From: Armatimonadota bacterium
GTDB taxonomy: Bacteria > Armatimonadota > UBA5829 > DTLH01
DNA length: 51,115 nucleotides
Reading direction: 5' to 3'
Assembly (NCBI GenBank): GCA_039680575.1
Contig: JBDKSP010000085.1
Coordinates: forward strand, 1 to 51,115
The position numbers were made by a program, and so were the translations under genes. Of the stretch, positions 38,125 to 49,140 are shown piece after piece (within the stretch, counting starts at the first letter, position 1; each line of letters opens with the position of its first letter). The notes below the pieces were generated by a model. The model ran no database searches and was not told the origin of the DNA. It was given only the letters and a program-made list of their open reading frames with translations.

Positions 38125-41060
38125 GACGGACCAGAAAAATTTCTCTTGCATTAGCTTTTGCTGCAATCTTTGCGTTAGTAGTGTCAGGTTATTCGGCTAC
38201 TATCTATGTCAGTCCTGCTGGAGACAATACCACCGGGCTTAGTTGGACGACTGCGAAGACGACTGTCCAGGCTGGAATAGACGCAGCAGTTTCTGGTGAT
38301 GAGGTGTGGGTCAGGTATGGTGACTATACCGGAAATATCACCCTAAATGCGGGCGTGAAGCTCTATGGTGGGTTCGTAGGGAATGAGACTTCATTGACTG
38401 AGCGTCCTGCATTTCCGAGGACTACAAACGTAACGACCCTTATTGGAAGCGGGGGCAATAGCGTAGTCATTACCCCTAATTCTGGAACAACTGTAGATAA
38501 CACCCGCATAGACGGCTTCACTATTCGTGGAGGATCCGGCAGTACTTATGGTGGTGGGATCTATTGTGGTTATTCAGTGACTATAGCCAATAACACTATA
38601 ACCAGTAACTCTGCAATGTACGGTGGGGGATTGTTCATAAATGCAGGGTATCCCATCGTTGAAGATAATACAATATCCAGTAATACTTCTACTTCCACAG
38701 GTGGTGGCGGAATCTATACCAGGGGTAGCCAGCCAACTATAAGAAATAATACCATTCAAGGTAATAGCGTTACAGGTTCAGGTGGAGCTGGCGGAGGAAT
38801 CCATGGTTATGGTTCGCCAACCATCATCGACAACACGATAAGCGAGAATATAGCGGATTCTGCCGGGGGCATATTTGTCAATAACAGTACCGCTTTGATC
38901 AAGGGCAACCAGATCACCGGTAATGAAGCAACCGTAAACACTGGAGCTATTTGGAGTTACTGCGGTTCTCCGATCATAGAAGAGAACATCATAAGCGGTA
39001 ACCACTCGGATGGTGCCAACGGAGGAATACGATCGGATGGCACAAGCGGTAGCCCGGTCATTAGAAACAACACAATAAGTGGCAATGATGCCAGTACCGT
39101 ATGTGGAGGCATTAATATTAACGCCACTTCTACCAGCGGAACAGTTATCGTTAGCGGAAATAAAATAAACGGCAATCACGCTCCCCAATACCCCGGTGGC
39201 GCCAGCATTAAGGGATCGGTGCGATTTATCGGTAATATTGTCTCGGACAATTATGCTGCAATGGCAGCGGGAATGCTAGTAGACGATGGTGCCATTGTCA
39301 CAAACAACATCATCAAGGACAACTATCTCACAGGACTTGGTTATGTAGCAGCAGGAATACACGTAGGAAGCACCACGGCAACAATTACCAATAACACTAT
39401 CGTCGGAAACCATGGCACCGGAAGTGGATGGATATCTGCGATTAGCTGCTGGGACGGGACAACCGTTACTATCTCGAACAATATCGTAGCTTTTAACCAG
39501 GGTGGCATTTACAAGACAAACGCAGCAAATCAAGTCACTCTCGCAAATAACGATGTTTACAGCAATACAAACGGTAATTACAGCAATAATCTCACGGCAG
39601 ATTCAGGAAGTATCTCTCTTGATCCTCTCTTCGCGAATGCTTCTGGCAGCGACTACCACATCCAGTCTACATCCCCATGCCGTGATGCAGGATACGATAG
39701 TGCATCCGGACTTCCGGATTCTGATATAGACGGAGAGGACAGGATATATGGAGGTTGGGTTGATATAGGTGCTGATGAGTATTGGCCTACAAGGATCTTT
39801 GATGCCTCATTGGATTTTTCCATCAATGACAACCCAAGTGGTAGTTGGAGCTACGGATGGACTCCTGATCTAGATCAAAATTATCAAGTAACTCTATATG
39901 ATATGGGTATTACCCATACAGAGTCTCCACTGGTGAACCTCAATAGGTGGTATTCTTCTTCACTTGGCACTGAGCCAAGTGTCACATTTAACCCAACAGA
40001 TGTAGCGATAACAGGTGGAACTACTACCTGGCCTGCTCATACTGTGGCTATCACCCCAGGACAAAGCGATCAAAAGAGTGTTATTCACTGGACAGCATCA
40101 GCTTCGGGTACGTATGCAATCTCTACAAGATTCTGGGATATCACCGGAGGAAATACCTCAACCGATGTTCATATTTTGCAAAATGGAACATCACTGTTCT
40201 CAGGAGCTATAAGGAACTTAAATGAAGGCACTGCTCCTAGAGTATCACAGCCTTTCCAGACATACACGACAGTCTTGACTCTTAGTGCGGGTGATGAGCT
40301 CGACTTTGCTGTCGGTTATGGTGAAGATGGTGATAACAGCTCCGATACAACAGGAGTTGAAATCAGAATAACATCAGCAGTCGACACAGGAGACTTGCAG
40401 TTTGACCACGGTCTTTCTATCGATCCTGCCAAGCTGAACCAGTCTGCTGGTGCAAACCGGTGTAATATCAGATGGGCATCAACCGACCAGCTCAAAGGCT
40501 ACGGGGATGATTGCTTCGTGCTGCCATCCGGTCAGGAGTGGGTTATCGACACCATTCGCGTCTGGACGGTGCCAGAGGTCCCTGCATTCCCCAGCTACTG
40601 TCTTGGACAGCACTATCAGTCGGTGACTCTTTATGGAGGAACGACCACTGGAGGGCTTGCGGCGCTTTCATCCGGTGAATTCTCAAATGAAAGCAATTAC
40701 ACAAACAATCCCAGCATAGTTGCAGCTCCGGTTACTTATTACCAGAACTGCCCTGGCTACCAGAGAGCAAACGGAGAGTTCAACCAGCTCTGGCAGGTGG
40801 ATTTCAACAACCTGAACTGGATAGTGGATGGCGGAGTTACCTATGTCTTCGGTGTCTACGGAGTCCCCAGGGTTGACCGTCTCTGGTTCAGCCATGCCAC
40901 CAATAAAGAATTAACCGGCTGGACATCGGGTGACGGCCAACTGCGTCTGTTCGATACATCCAACCTTACTGGAAGCATATCTGCCGCCAGTGGATCGCCT
41001 TGGTTTGGCGGTAAGGGGTCTGACATAAACATCCAGGTATTCGCACATGCTTCCAACTAA
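38121..41060 (+). CDS. Secreted right-handed beta-helix (pectin-lyase/NosD-like) multidomain protein
   Basis: Signal peptide, IYVSP...SWTTAKTTVQAGIDAA, many GGGI/NNTIxxN repeats, SPCRDAG...DIGADE motif, two further beta domains. Confidence 0.88.
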   Translation: MRRTRKISLALAFAAIFALVVSGYSATIYVSPAGDNTTGLSWTTAKTTVQAGIDAAVSGDEVWVRYGDYTGNITLNAGVKLYGGFVGNETSLTERPAFPRTTNVTTLIGSGGNSVVITPNSGTTVDNTRIDGFTIRGGSGSTYGGGIYCGYSVTIANNTITSNSAMYGGGLFINAGYPIVEDNTISSNTSTSTGGGGIYTRGSQPTIRNNTIQGNSVTGSGGAGGGIHGYGSPTIIDNTISENIADSAGGIFVNNSTALIKGNQITGNEATVNTGAIWSYCGSPIIEENIISGNHSDGANGGIRSDGTSGSPVIRNNTISGNDASTVCGGININATSTSGTVIVSGNKINGNHAPQYPGGASIKGSVRFIGNIVSDNYAAMAAGMLVDDGAIVTNNIIKDNYLTGLGYVAAGIHVGSTTATITNNTIVGNHGTGSGWISAISCWDGTTVTISNNIVAFNQGGIYKTNAANQVTLANNDVYSNTNGNYSNNLTADSGSISLDPLFANASGSDYHIQSTSPCRDAGYDSASGLPDSDIDGEDRIYGGWVDIGADEYWPTRIFDASLDFSINDNPSGSWSYGWTPDLDQNYQVTLYDMGITHTESPLVNLNRWYSSSLGTEPSVTFNPTDVAITGGTTTWPAHTVAITPGQSDQKSVIHWTASASGTYAISTRFWDITGGNTSTDVHILQNGTSLFSGAIRNLNEGTAPRVSQPFQTYTTVLTLSAGDELDFAVGYGEDGDNSSDTTGVEIRITSAVDTGDLQFDHGLSIDPAKLNQSAGANRCNIRWASTDQLKGYGDDCFVLPSGQEWVIDTIRVWTVPEVPAFPSYCLGQHYQSVTLYGGTTTGGLAALSSGEFSNESNYTNNPSIVAAPVTYYQNCPGYQRANGEFNQLWQVDFNNLNWIVDGGVTYVFGVYGVPRVDRLWFSHATNKELTGWTSGDGQLRLFDTSNLTGSISAASGSPWFGGKGSDINIQVFAHASN

Positions 41061-41085
41061 TGCAGTTTAGGAGATGCGATAAAAC

Positions 41086-44000
41086 ATGAAAGGGAATTTC
41101 AAAGTAATGAACTGTAATATCAAGAGATGGGTCTTTGACAAAGTCAGAGACTGCTTCATCTTGTTGGCAATAAGCCTTATAGCTATAGGAATTTTAGGGC
41201 AGCCAGCTCTTGCGGATAATTGTAAAGTCTGTACTGCAGAACCAGCTATTACTTTTCTTGGCAATGGCGGTGGCACTGTTACACTTACATATACAGTAGG
41301 GACTTCTGGTGTAACACTCAGTGCTGGTGCTTCAGACTACGATACATGCGAATCTGATCTTCCAGGTTTAACGGAACTTTGCGTAGACGTTGTAACATTT
41401 AGCTGGTCGGGGCCTGGCACAGCAAATGGTGGATCGTTTGCACTCAACACACTATCAACAGAAGGGAGATTTACTGTTACTGTCACAGCGAGTGATATAA
41501 CTGGCAGGGCTAATGATGGTTCTATTGAAAGGACATTTATAATAAATGTTGTCCCGGTCAACCAGACTCCTGTTGAAACTCCTGTCGGGGGAAGTGAAAA
41601 CGTAGGCTGCAGCAGCGGATCAGGCGGTGGATGTTGTGGGGGAGGAGATTTTCCTTCGCCTGACCTTCGAGCTAATGATCTAAATGTTAATGCCACTGCA
41701 GACATTCCTGATGGAATGTCTTGTCCCACTAATTCGGATATGCCAGGTAATGAGGATGTGTGCCGCCCATACAATATAGAGGAGCATCAACGTCCAATTA
41801 CTACATCTAACCCAAGCGGACTTGAGGTAGTCTATACAGGGGCTGACAAGAGCCAGGTCTTGGAGGGATCAGCTCTTGAGGATGGGGTGCTGTTAAACGA
41901 TGGAGGTTACCTTACCCGCACCGCCGACAGCTCTGGTATAAGCACATATACAGTAACCTATCCTGACAAATCGACGGTAACCTGGGAATTTACAAGCCTC
42001 CCTCCCACAGATACCTGGGAGCACAGAATGGGGCCGACATCGGTGACATCACCGGATGGTAAGGTCACCACATTCAACCGGAGCACCGATGGAGGGCTGA
42101 ACTCCGTACAATACCCGAACGGTGATCTGTGGAGATACAACCACGACGGGCAAAATATAACAAGGATTATTCCTCCTGGCACGACAGCAGACGAGTCAGG
42201 CAATGTTACAAGCGGAACATACATTGACATAACATATACTTCAAACGGAATCAGCTCCGTTATAGAGAAGAATGCTGCAGGAGCCACTACAACAGACCTT
42301 ACAACAACGAATTATGCCTACCAAAACAATAGGCTGTACACTGTCACGAAGAACAACAAGACTCAGGCGCTTTATGAGTATGATGATGATGACGATACCA
42401 TCACTGTTACAATAAGATCGTACAGTACGCCAACAGAAGTCTACTCAAAGACCGTCTATCACTACTATAACTCAAGCCAGACAGGGGATGGACAGCCTGC
42501 ACAGGACCAGATATTTGTAATAAAGAAGCATGCTACAGACTCAAGCTTGGACGAGGTGACCAAGTATACCTACTACCTGGACTCATCGAACAATAAGACT
42601 TATCTTAAGTCTGTAGAAGACCCTATGGGCAATGTCACAAACGACACGGTAGACGCCAAGGGAAGAGTGACTGAAGTTGAGGATCCTCTGGGCAATACTA
42701 CCGCATATGAATACGACTCAAATACAGGAGTAGTAACAAAAGTTACCCGTACAACAACTGATTTGGGAACATTCGAGGAACACTATGAGTACTATTCACT
42801 AGATGGAAACCTCACAAGTTATGTAAAGACCCATGAAAGCTCACATCCCGGAGGTCTTGGCTCATATAACGGAAATATGACCCTTTATGTGCGGAATGCC
42901 AATACCCTCTGGATGCTAGAAGCTGTGAAGGTAGACCCTGTAGGAAACCGTGTACCTACACAAGAAGAGTGGAATGCAATAGACCCTGTAAAGACATACG
43001 AGTATTACGTATCTGACTGTGCGGACGGTATGGCAGGATGGTTGAATAGAGTGATAGTCCCTAACATAGACGGCACAACGGACAATGTGACGGAGTACAA
43101 GTATGGATATGGTGTCACCGGCAAGTGGAGAGAATCCCCTACCCAGACAATCTACCAGTATTGGAATGGCTCAAGCTATCAGTCAAAGATTTCGACTGCT
43201 ATTTATGATGATATGGGAAGAGTGCTAGCAACCACGGATGCCAATGAAAGAGCTATTCAATGTACCTATGACAGCCGGGGTAGGCAGCTCAAGACCATCT
43301 ATGCAGCCGGAGTGGAAAAAGAGAACAACTACTCCTGCTGTGCGCTTAACTGGAGTGAAGATGAGGAGAACCACAAGATCTACTATGCCTATGATGATGC
43401 CGTGAGAGTCACAAAGGCCTGGACAGATAAGGATTATCAGTCTGTGGATGCTTCGCTTGTAGAATATGTCTACGATGCCTTCGGTAATAAAACAGAGGTA
43501 AAGACGCGATCCGATGCTGAGACAGGAAGGACTACAACCTATACCTATGACAAGAAGAACAGGGTCAAGACCATCTCTTATCCAAGTAGCATTGTAGGGT
43601 CGGAAGAGTATTGGTATGACACACTGGGAAGGGTGCGATATAAGCAGGACTCGAGCGGTAAAGTTACAGCTTACAAGTATGACGGGCTTGGCAGGCTTAT
43701 CAATGTCTACTATGACTATGTTGGCAAGTACAGGAGTTACTATAGCATGGATCCTGATCTTGATAATGATATAGACAATAATATTTCTGCTGATGTGACC
43801 TATACTTATACAATAGGGGGAGTAGACTACGGCACAAGCCGTGTGACTTCTATTATAGATACTTCAGGAACAAGCAGTTATAACTATGATACCCAGGGTA
43901 GAGTTACAAGTTATACTCCGCCGGTAGGTCTTGACAGCGGATATTATGTCTCTTATGGCTACAACAACCTTGGTCAGAAACTCTACACCAAGATAACCAA

Positions 44001-45567
44001 CGGCACCGCCACAAGCTATGATGCCAGGTATGAGTACTATGCCAATGGTTGGCTAAAGAGTGTCAAGAACGGCGCGTCTGATATAGCTGCATATACTTAT
44101 GGTGCAGTGGGAAATAGAACAGGTATAACCTATGCCAACGGCACAAGCACAACATATACATATGATTCAACAGACCCGCGTTACCTGTTGAACACGATAA
44201 CGCACAAAAAAGGCGCCAATACAATAGCTGAGATAGACTATGCAGCAGGAGTCCGAGACAAGACAGGAAACCCTAGGTCTATGACAGATTGGACAGGGAC
44301 TTGGAACTATGTGTATGACGAGAACAATAGGCTCGAATTCGCCTTTTCTCAAAATCCAGTGCCGGACCAGCCATGCGGCGGGGAATATGGTTATGACTGG
44401 GTAGGCAACAGGCTCAATCCTCCGACCGTCACAAACCATATGGTATATAATGCTGCAGACCAACTGACAAGCTGGCCGGGGATGTATTCCTACAGCTACT
44501 ACAATGACGGCAGCTTAATGGAAGTAAGGAATGCTCAGGGAGCATTCGTAAGCAGCTATACATATAATACGACGGGACTGCTGAACCAGGCTACCTATGC
44601 CACAGCCCAGGGTAATCACACTGCTGTAAATACCTGGGATGCCGACAATAACAGGGTCGGGCTTACGATAAATGGGAAGGTATGCTCCTTCGTCTATGAC
44701 AAAACGGCAGGAATACCGGCTGTGGTACAGGAAGTGGTGAATGGGACACCTGTATACTACTACCGTGAACCAGGTGGTGAATTGATAGCCAGAACCGATG
44801 CAGTAAATGGTATACGCTACTATAATTTTGATGCTCTTGGCTCTACCAGACTCCTTACTGACGGAGATGGCGATATAACAGATAGGTATGCTTATGATGC
44901 CTGGGGTACCGTAGTAGCACATGACAGGTATGATGGCTCAATAGACCAGCCATATCAGTATGTGGGGGAATTGGGTTATTACACTCACTACCAGGACCCT
45001 GGCTTCAAACTGCTTCAGCTTGGGATGAGGTTCTATGATGGCGAGGCTGGGAGATTTACTCAGATGGATCCTATTGTGAGTGGATTGAATTGGTATGCCT
45101 ATGCAAATAATGATCCGATATTGAATATCGATCCAACCGGGCTGTATAATTACACGATACCTACATATGATTATTATGATATGAATTGTTATAGAGATTG
45201 CTATGGCTATCTAAGAACGAAAGATATGAAGAGCACTGATATATTTAAGAAATTTGCAGTGCTTGGGAGTGATACTCTTTTAGGCTGTAAAGTGGGGACC
45301 GGACCAGCGGTAATGGTAGGGGAGATAGCGATAGTGATTGATTATGGCTATCAGTCTGATCATTATATTACGCCATGTTGTGCATTCTGCCAGCAACGAC
45401 ATAAAAACCACCATGATTCATTTGACCCGCGCTCGTTCGAGCATTGGCAGAGAGGGGTTGAGAAAGGCATATATAGACAGTATCCAATTGTGCGCTGGCT
45501 CCCTTATTGGAGAAATTCTCCTTATAATGGTGAGATATTCGGCGCACCACCGGCATTAGACTGGTAA
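41086..45567 (+). CDS. RHS/YD-repeat protein with Sec signal and variable C-terminal domain
   Basis: YD repeats, RHS core (DALGST, YDAWG, RFYD..GRFTQMDP), PILNIDPTGL cleavage motif. Confidence 0.95.
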   Translation: MKGNFKVMNCNIKRWVFDKVRDCFILLAISLIAIGILGQPALADNCKVCTAEPAITFLGNGGGTVTLTYTVGTSGVTLSAGASDYDTCESDLPGLTELCVDVVTFSWSGPGTANGGSFALNTLSTEGRFTVTVTASDITGRANDGSIERTFIINVVPVNQTPVETPVGGSENVGCSSGSGGGCCGGGDFPSPDLRANDLNVNATADIPDGMSCPTNSDMPGNEDVCRPYNIEEHQRPITTSNPSGLEVVYTGADKSQVLEGSALEDGVLLNDGGYLTRTADSSGISTYTVTYPDKSTVTWEFTSLPPTDTWEHRMGPTSVTSPDGKVTTFNRSTDGGLNSVQYPNGDLWRYNHDGQNITRIIPPGTTADESGNVTSGTYIDITYTSNGISSVIEKNAAGATTTDLTTTNYAYQNNRLYTVTKNNKTQALYEYDDDDDTITVTIRSYSTPTEVYSKTVYHYYNSSQTGDGQPAQDQIFVIKKHATDSSLDEVTKYTYYLDSSNNKTYLKSVEDPMGNVTNDTVDAKGRVTEVEDPLGNTTAYEYDSNTGVVTKVTRTTTDLGTFEEHYEYYSLDGNLTSYVKTHESSHPGGLGSYNGNMTLYVRNANTLWMLEAVKVDPVGNRVPTQEEWNAIDPVKTYEYYVSDCADGMAGWLNRVIVPNIDGTTDNVTEYKYGYGVTGKWRESPTQTIYQYWNGSSYQSKISTAIYDDMGRVLATTDANERAIQCTYDSRGRQLKTIYAAGVEKENNYSCCALNWSEDEENHKIYYAYDDAVRVTKAWTDKDYQSVDASLVEYVYDAFGNKTEVKTRSDAETGRTTTYTYDKKNRVKTISYPSSIVGSEEYWYDTLGRVRYKQDSSGKVTAYKYDGLGRLINVYYDYVGKYRSYYSMDPDLDNDIDNNISADVTYTYTIGGVDYGTSRVTSIIDTSGTSSYNYDTQGRVTSYTPPVGLDSGYYVSYGYNNLGQKLYTKITNGTATSYDARYEYYANGWLKSVKNGASDIAAYTYGAVGNRTGITYANGTSTTYTYDSTDPRYLLNTITHKKGANTIAEIDYAAGVRDKTGNPRSMTDWTGTWNYVYDENNRLEFAFSQNPVPDQPCGGEYGYDWVGNRLNPPTVTNHMVYNAADQLTSWPGMYSYSYYNDGSLMEVRNAQGAFVSSYTYNTTGLLNQATYATAQGNHTAVNTWDADNNRVGLTINGKVCSFVYDKTAGIPAVVQEVVNGTPVYYYREPGGELIARTDAVNGIRYYNFDALGSTRLLTDGDGDITDRYAYDAWGTVVAHDRYDGSIDQPYQYVGELGYYTHYQDPGFKLLQLGMRFYDGEAGRFTQMDPIVSGLNWYAYANNDPILNIDPTGLYNYTIPTYDYYDMNCYRDCYGYLRTKDMKSTDIFKKFAVLGSDTLLGCKVGTGPAVMVGEIAIVIDYGYQSDHYITPCCAFCQQRHKNHHDSFDPRSFEHWQRGVEKGIYRQYPIVRWLPYWRNSPYNGEIFGAPPALDW

Positions 45568-45660
45568 AGATCGGTATTATCATGTGAATTATATCAGTAT
45601 CCAGTTGCCAATTAAGGCGTTGGATACTGATATAATTAGTTCTGTTCAAAGGATTCAAAA

Positions 45661-46995
45661 TTGTCGATACAAAAGAGCTGTATAAAAGTAGTAAACTCAA
45701 ATTGCGGGAGAAAGTGTTGGGCACAGCATCCTTGGTTTATCACTAAGAGTGTAGCGTTATTAATTGTGATTACCATACTTACTGGTTGCGGTATATACCA
45801 TAAATCACTTAATTCAGACCTTACCCTTGCAACAGTAACTGGAAATATTAGCAAAGTAAAGGAATGTGTTGCAAAAGGAGCTGATGTCAATACGGCAGAT
45901 ATTGATGGTTACACAGCTCTACAACTCGCAGCAAGCGATAATCATAAAGAAATCACAAGATTTCTAATTTCCAAAGGAGCAAAAGTAGACCTTCTCTCCG
46001 CTGCAGGAATAGGCGATATCCAGATGACGAGGAATTTAGTCTCGAAGGGAGCAGATATCAATACTACCGGGAAATATGGAGATACGCCTTTACATTGGGC
46101 TTCAAAGAACGGCCATGCGAAAGTGGTAGCTTATCTCTTGGGTAATGGTGCCAGGACGGATATCAGAACAAAAGATATTGGCTGGACTCCACTCCATTAT
46201 GCCTCAGATAACGGCCACCTGGATGTCGCAAGATTACTGATTTCCAATAAAGCTTCAATTGATGCTAAGGATTTTGCAGGAAGCGCTCCTTTGATATATG
46301 CCGTGACTAGTCATAGAAAAGAAATGATAGCATTACTTTCTTCTTTGGGTGCTGACATAAATGCGCGGGATGACCACGGAATGATCCCCCTAGATTGGGC
46401 TGTTTACAAAGAACCTGTCGCTATAGTGAAGGAATTACTGAGATGTGGCGCAGATGTAAAGGCCAAAGACGTGTATAAATACACACCTCTACATTGGGCT
46501 GTGAGAGCAACTCGTAATGATATAGCAAAATTGTTGATCTTGTCGGGCTGCAAACCCGATATCTATGTAGCTGCTGGTTTGGGCGACACCGATCTTGTAA
46601 AGTTGTTACTTGCGAAAAAAGGGTTTGATATAAACACGCAGGATGGACTTGGTTATACGGCCCTACATTGGGCAGCAGAATGTGGTCGAGTCGATACAGC
46701 TACTTTTCTTATCGCTCAAGGTGCTGATATAGATATAAAGAGCCGCATTGGCGGTTATACACCACTTCATGCTGCTTTGTACGGGCCTGGCACAATATCA
46801 CTTGGTGATCCGGTTGGTGAGCGATGGTGTGGTGTTAGACGTGAAGGTAATAAGGAAGTAGCACGTATCTTGGTGTTGAAGGGTGCAGATCCTACGGTGA
46901 AAGACAATATCCGTCATTTGACTCCGATTCGGCTTGCTCAGATATGCGAGTACAAGCAAGTATATAATCTTATGCGTCAGAAAACAAGAAAGTGA
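45661..46995 (+). CDS. Ankyrin-repeat lipoprotein (candidate immunity protein)
   Basis: Lipobox ILTGC; many G-x-TPLH-x-A...GADIN repeats. Confidence 0.92.
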   Translation: MSIQKSCIKVVNSNCGRKCWAQHPWFITKSVALLIVITILTGCGIYHKSLNSDLTLATVTGNISKVKECVAKGADVNTADIDGYTALQLAASDNHKEITRFLISKGAKVDLLSAAGIGDIQMTRNLVSKGADINTTGKYGDTPLHWASKNGHAKVVAYLLGNGARTDIRTKDIGWTPLHYASDNGHLDVARLLISNKASIDAKDFAGSAPLIYAVTSHRKEMIALLSSLGADINARDDHGMIPLDWAVYKEPVAIVKELLRCGADVKAKDVYKYTPLHWAVRATRNDIAKLLILSGCKPDIYVAAGLGDTDLVKLLLAKKGFDINTQDGLGYTALHWAAECGRVDTATFLIAQGADIDIKSRIGGYTPLHAALYGPGTISLGDPVGERWCGVRREGNKEVARILVLKGADPTVKDNIRHLTPIRLAQICEYKQVYNLMRQKTRK

Positions 46996-47029
46996 GATTT
47001 TGATATTATGGCGTTTTACGCCATGATGG

Positions 47030-47773
47030 GTGGAAGCAACTGAGGAAAAGGTGAAAGTGATGAAACTGTTATCCATATCAGCTTTTCTTGTTATATTTCT
47101 TTTTGCCTGTGTGGCGGTATCCGCAGCGCCGTCAATAGTGTTTGATAAGACAGAGCAGGATATAGGTGAGGTGGAAGGCGGAAAGACTGTAAAGGTAGTA
47201 TTCCCCTTCACCAATAACGGAGACGAGCCGCTTGTGATAAAGAGCGTAAACGGCTCCTGCGGATGCACCATTACAAAGGCTCTTGCAACAAGAATAGAGC
47301 CTGGAGAGTCATCCAGCATAGAAGTGGAGTTCAAGGCTAAGGCTACAGCAACTAAAGCCAGAAATCCGGTCACTGTCAACTGCAATGATCCCGCCAAACC
47401 CACTGTAGAGCTTATGGTCATAGGTAAAGTCATCCCCATCGTTACCTTCAGCCCTGAGAGGCTCAACTTCGGGACTATAAAAGCAGGCACAACAATGGAA
47501 GAGACAGTGCTGGTGACTCCCAGACACCCTGAGAAGTTCAACCTGAAGAATGTTTCAGTTGCAGGCAATCACCTGAAGGTGTTGGATTACTCCAAGACTG
47601 ATGACGGCAAAGGGACTTACCTTGTAAGATACAGAATAACCGCTGGAGAGACACCAGGTAGAGTTATAGAAGCACTGCTGCTTGTGACAGACCAGACAGA
47701 TGTGCCGACAGTCCCCTTTGCTGTCTATGGAAATGTAGAATCGGTGGGCCAGAGCGATGTCAAATCTCCTTAA
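47030..47773 (+). CDS. DUF1573 (Ig-like) secreted protein; start may be near 47060
   Basis: FTNNGDEPLVIKSVNGSCGCT motif, signal peptide. Confidence 0.88.
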   Translation: MEATEEKVKVMKLLSISAFLVIFLFACVAVSAAPSIVFDKTEQDIGEVEGGKTVKVVFPFTNNGDEPLVIKSVNGSCGCTITKALATRIEPGESSSIEVEFKAKATATKARNPVTVNCNDPAKPTVELMVIGKVIPIVTFSPERLNFGTIKAGTTMEETVLVTPRHPEKFNLKNVSVAGNHLKVLDYSKTDDGKGTYLVRYRITAGETPGRVIEALLLVTDQTDVPTVPFAVYGNVESVGQSDVKSP

Positions 47774-48518
47774 ACTACTGCCTGGAACCTGCTGTATAGT
47801 CATATTGGCAGCAGGGCTGGGCTTTACCTGCAACGCCATAAGGAGCGATGGCCTTCCGCTCGTACGTAAGCCGCTTCGAGAGACTCGTGCATACGCTACG
47901 AAAGCGCAGATGGCATCAAACGCTCCTATCAATGTCAATAATAGTAAACCAGTGACGTCCATACCTAAAATTACAGTCGCCGAGGCTAAGAAAGATTCAA
48001 CAGCCTCCGATGCAGTAGATAAGGAGGTAAAAGACTCAGTAACAATAGCCAAAGATACTCGTGCCGTTCCCATTACTGATGAAACAAAGCCTCAAGGTTC
48101 CATTAAGCAGTGTCCGAAAGATAAAACAGTGTCTCAGGCGAAGCCATCTCAGCCGCACAGCCAGAAAAAGGCAGAAGCGCTTTTCACAACGCTCGATGAT
48201 GCCAAAACTTGTTTCGACAAGAAGGGCGCTGTCTTCCTGGATGGCAGAGCGGCGATAGACTATAGGTCGGAACACATAACAGGAGCAATCTCACTGTTCT
48301 GTGAGGAGTTCGATGAACTCTACGAGCAGGTTTTAGGCTCGATACCAAAGGACCGGCTCATAATCACCTATTGCAGCGATCCCGAATGCACTGAAGCGAT
48401 AAAACTGGCTGATACTCTGGTGGCTAAAGGACATACAAGGGTTGTAATACTGCTTGAGGGACTGCCAGGATGGAAAGATGCCGGTTATCCGACATCCACA
48501 GGAAAGGAGCCGGGATAG
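47757..48518 (+). CDS. Membrane-anchored rhodanese-like protein
   Basis: N-terminal TM + NAIRSDGLPL; FLDGR, HITGA, IITYCSDPEC, LEGLPGWKDAGYP. Confidence 0.88.
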   Translation: MSNLLKLLPGTCCIVILAAGLGFTCNAIRSDGLPLVRKPLRETRAYATKAQMASNAPINVNNSKPVTSIPKITVAEAKKDSTASDAVDKEVKDSVTIAKDTRAVPITDETKPQGSIKQCPKDKTVSQAKPSQPHSQKKAEALFTTLDDAKTCFDKKGAVFLDGRAAIDYRSEHITGAISLFCEEFDELYEQVLGSIPKDRLIITYCSDPECTEAIKLADTLVAKGHTRVVILLEGLPGWKDAGYPTSTGKEPG

Positions 48519-48519
48519 C

Positions 48520-49041
48520 ATGCGGTTTTGGGCCAAGAAAATCACCGCGAGTAAGGTTCTTCTAACGGTGTGCCGGTTTGCACTGGCTATCGTGTTCATA
48601 TGGGCAGCAGCAGGCAAAATCGCGAATCCAGCTAAGTTTGCTGATAATGTGGCTGCTTTCAAGATGATCCCGGTTACCAGTGTCAATGTCTTTGCAATAA
48701 TACTCCCGTGGGTGGAGATGCTTGTAGGGCTTGCGCTGTTATCAGGCGTTATGCTTAGAAGCGCAGCAATGCTCTCTATGCTGCTTAACCTGGTGTTTCT
48801 TTTTGCAGTAGGATCAGCGATGGCAAGAGGCTTGGATATTGAATGCGGGTGTTTTACCCTCTCAAAAGAACACGATAGAGTTGGGTGGAGTCTCATAGCA
48901 AGAGATATCTTGTTTATTATACTATCACTGCAGGTGATGTTTTCATCTAAAATCAAGGGATCCCGTGTAGAGCATAAAGCTGATGAATTGCCACTAAAAG
49001 AACCTGATGAGCAAGTAGCCGTTTCAACAAGAAACTCGTAA
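48520..49041 (+). CDS. MauE/DoxX family membrane protein
   Basis: R-x-ALAIVFIWAAAGKI-x-NP, LPWVE, RGLDIECGCF, RD. Confidence 0.9.
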   Translation: MRFWAKKITASKVLLTVCRFALAIVFIWAAAGKIANPAKFADNVAAFKMIPVTSVNVFAIILPWVEMLVGLALLSGVMLRSAAMLSMLLNLVFLFAVGSAMARGLDIECGCFTLSKEHDRVGWSLIARDILFIILSLQVMFSSKIKGSRVEHKADELPLKEPDEQVAVSTRNS

Positions 49042-49140
49042 CAAAAACAACAATACAGGTGTTTCACAAAAATATAGAAGGTCAGAGGAACGGGCGAGAT
49101 GAAGGACCGATAGTTAGCCCGTCTACAGGAGGAAAGCCAA

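Noticed and set aside
45355..45395. PCCAFC as a deaminase zinc motif
   Set aside because: No upstream HxE and the spacing is not PCxxC; left as an unknown domain
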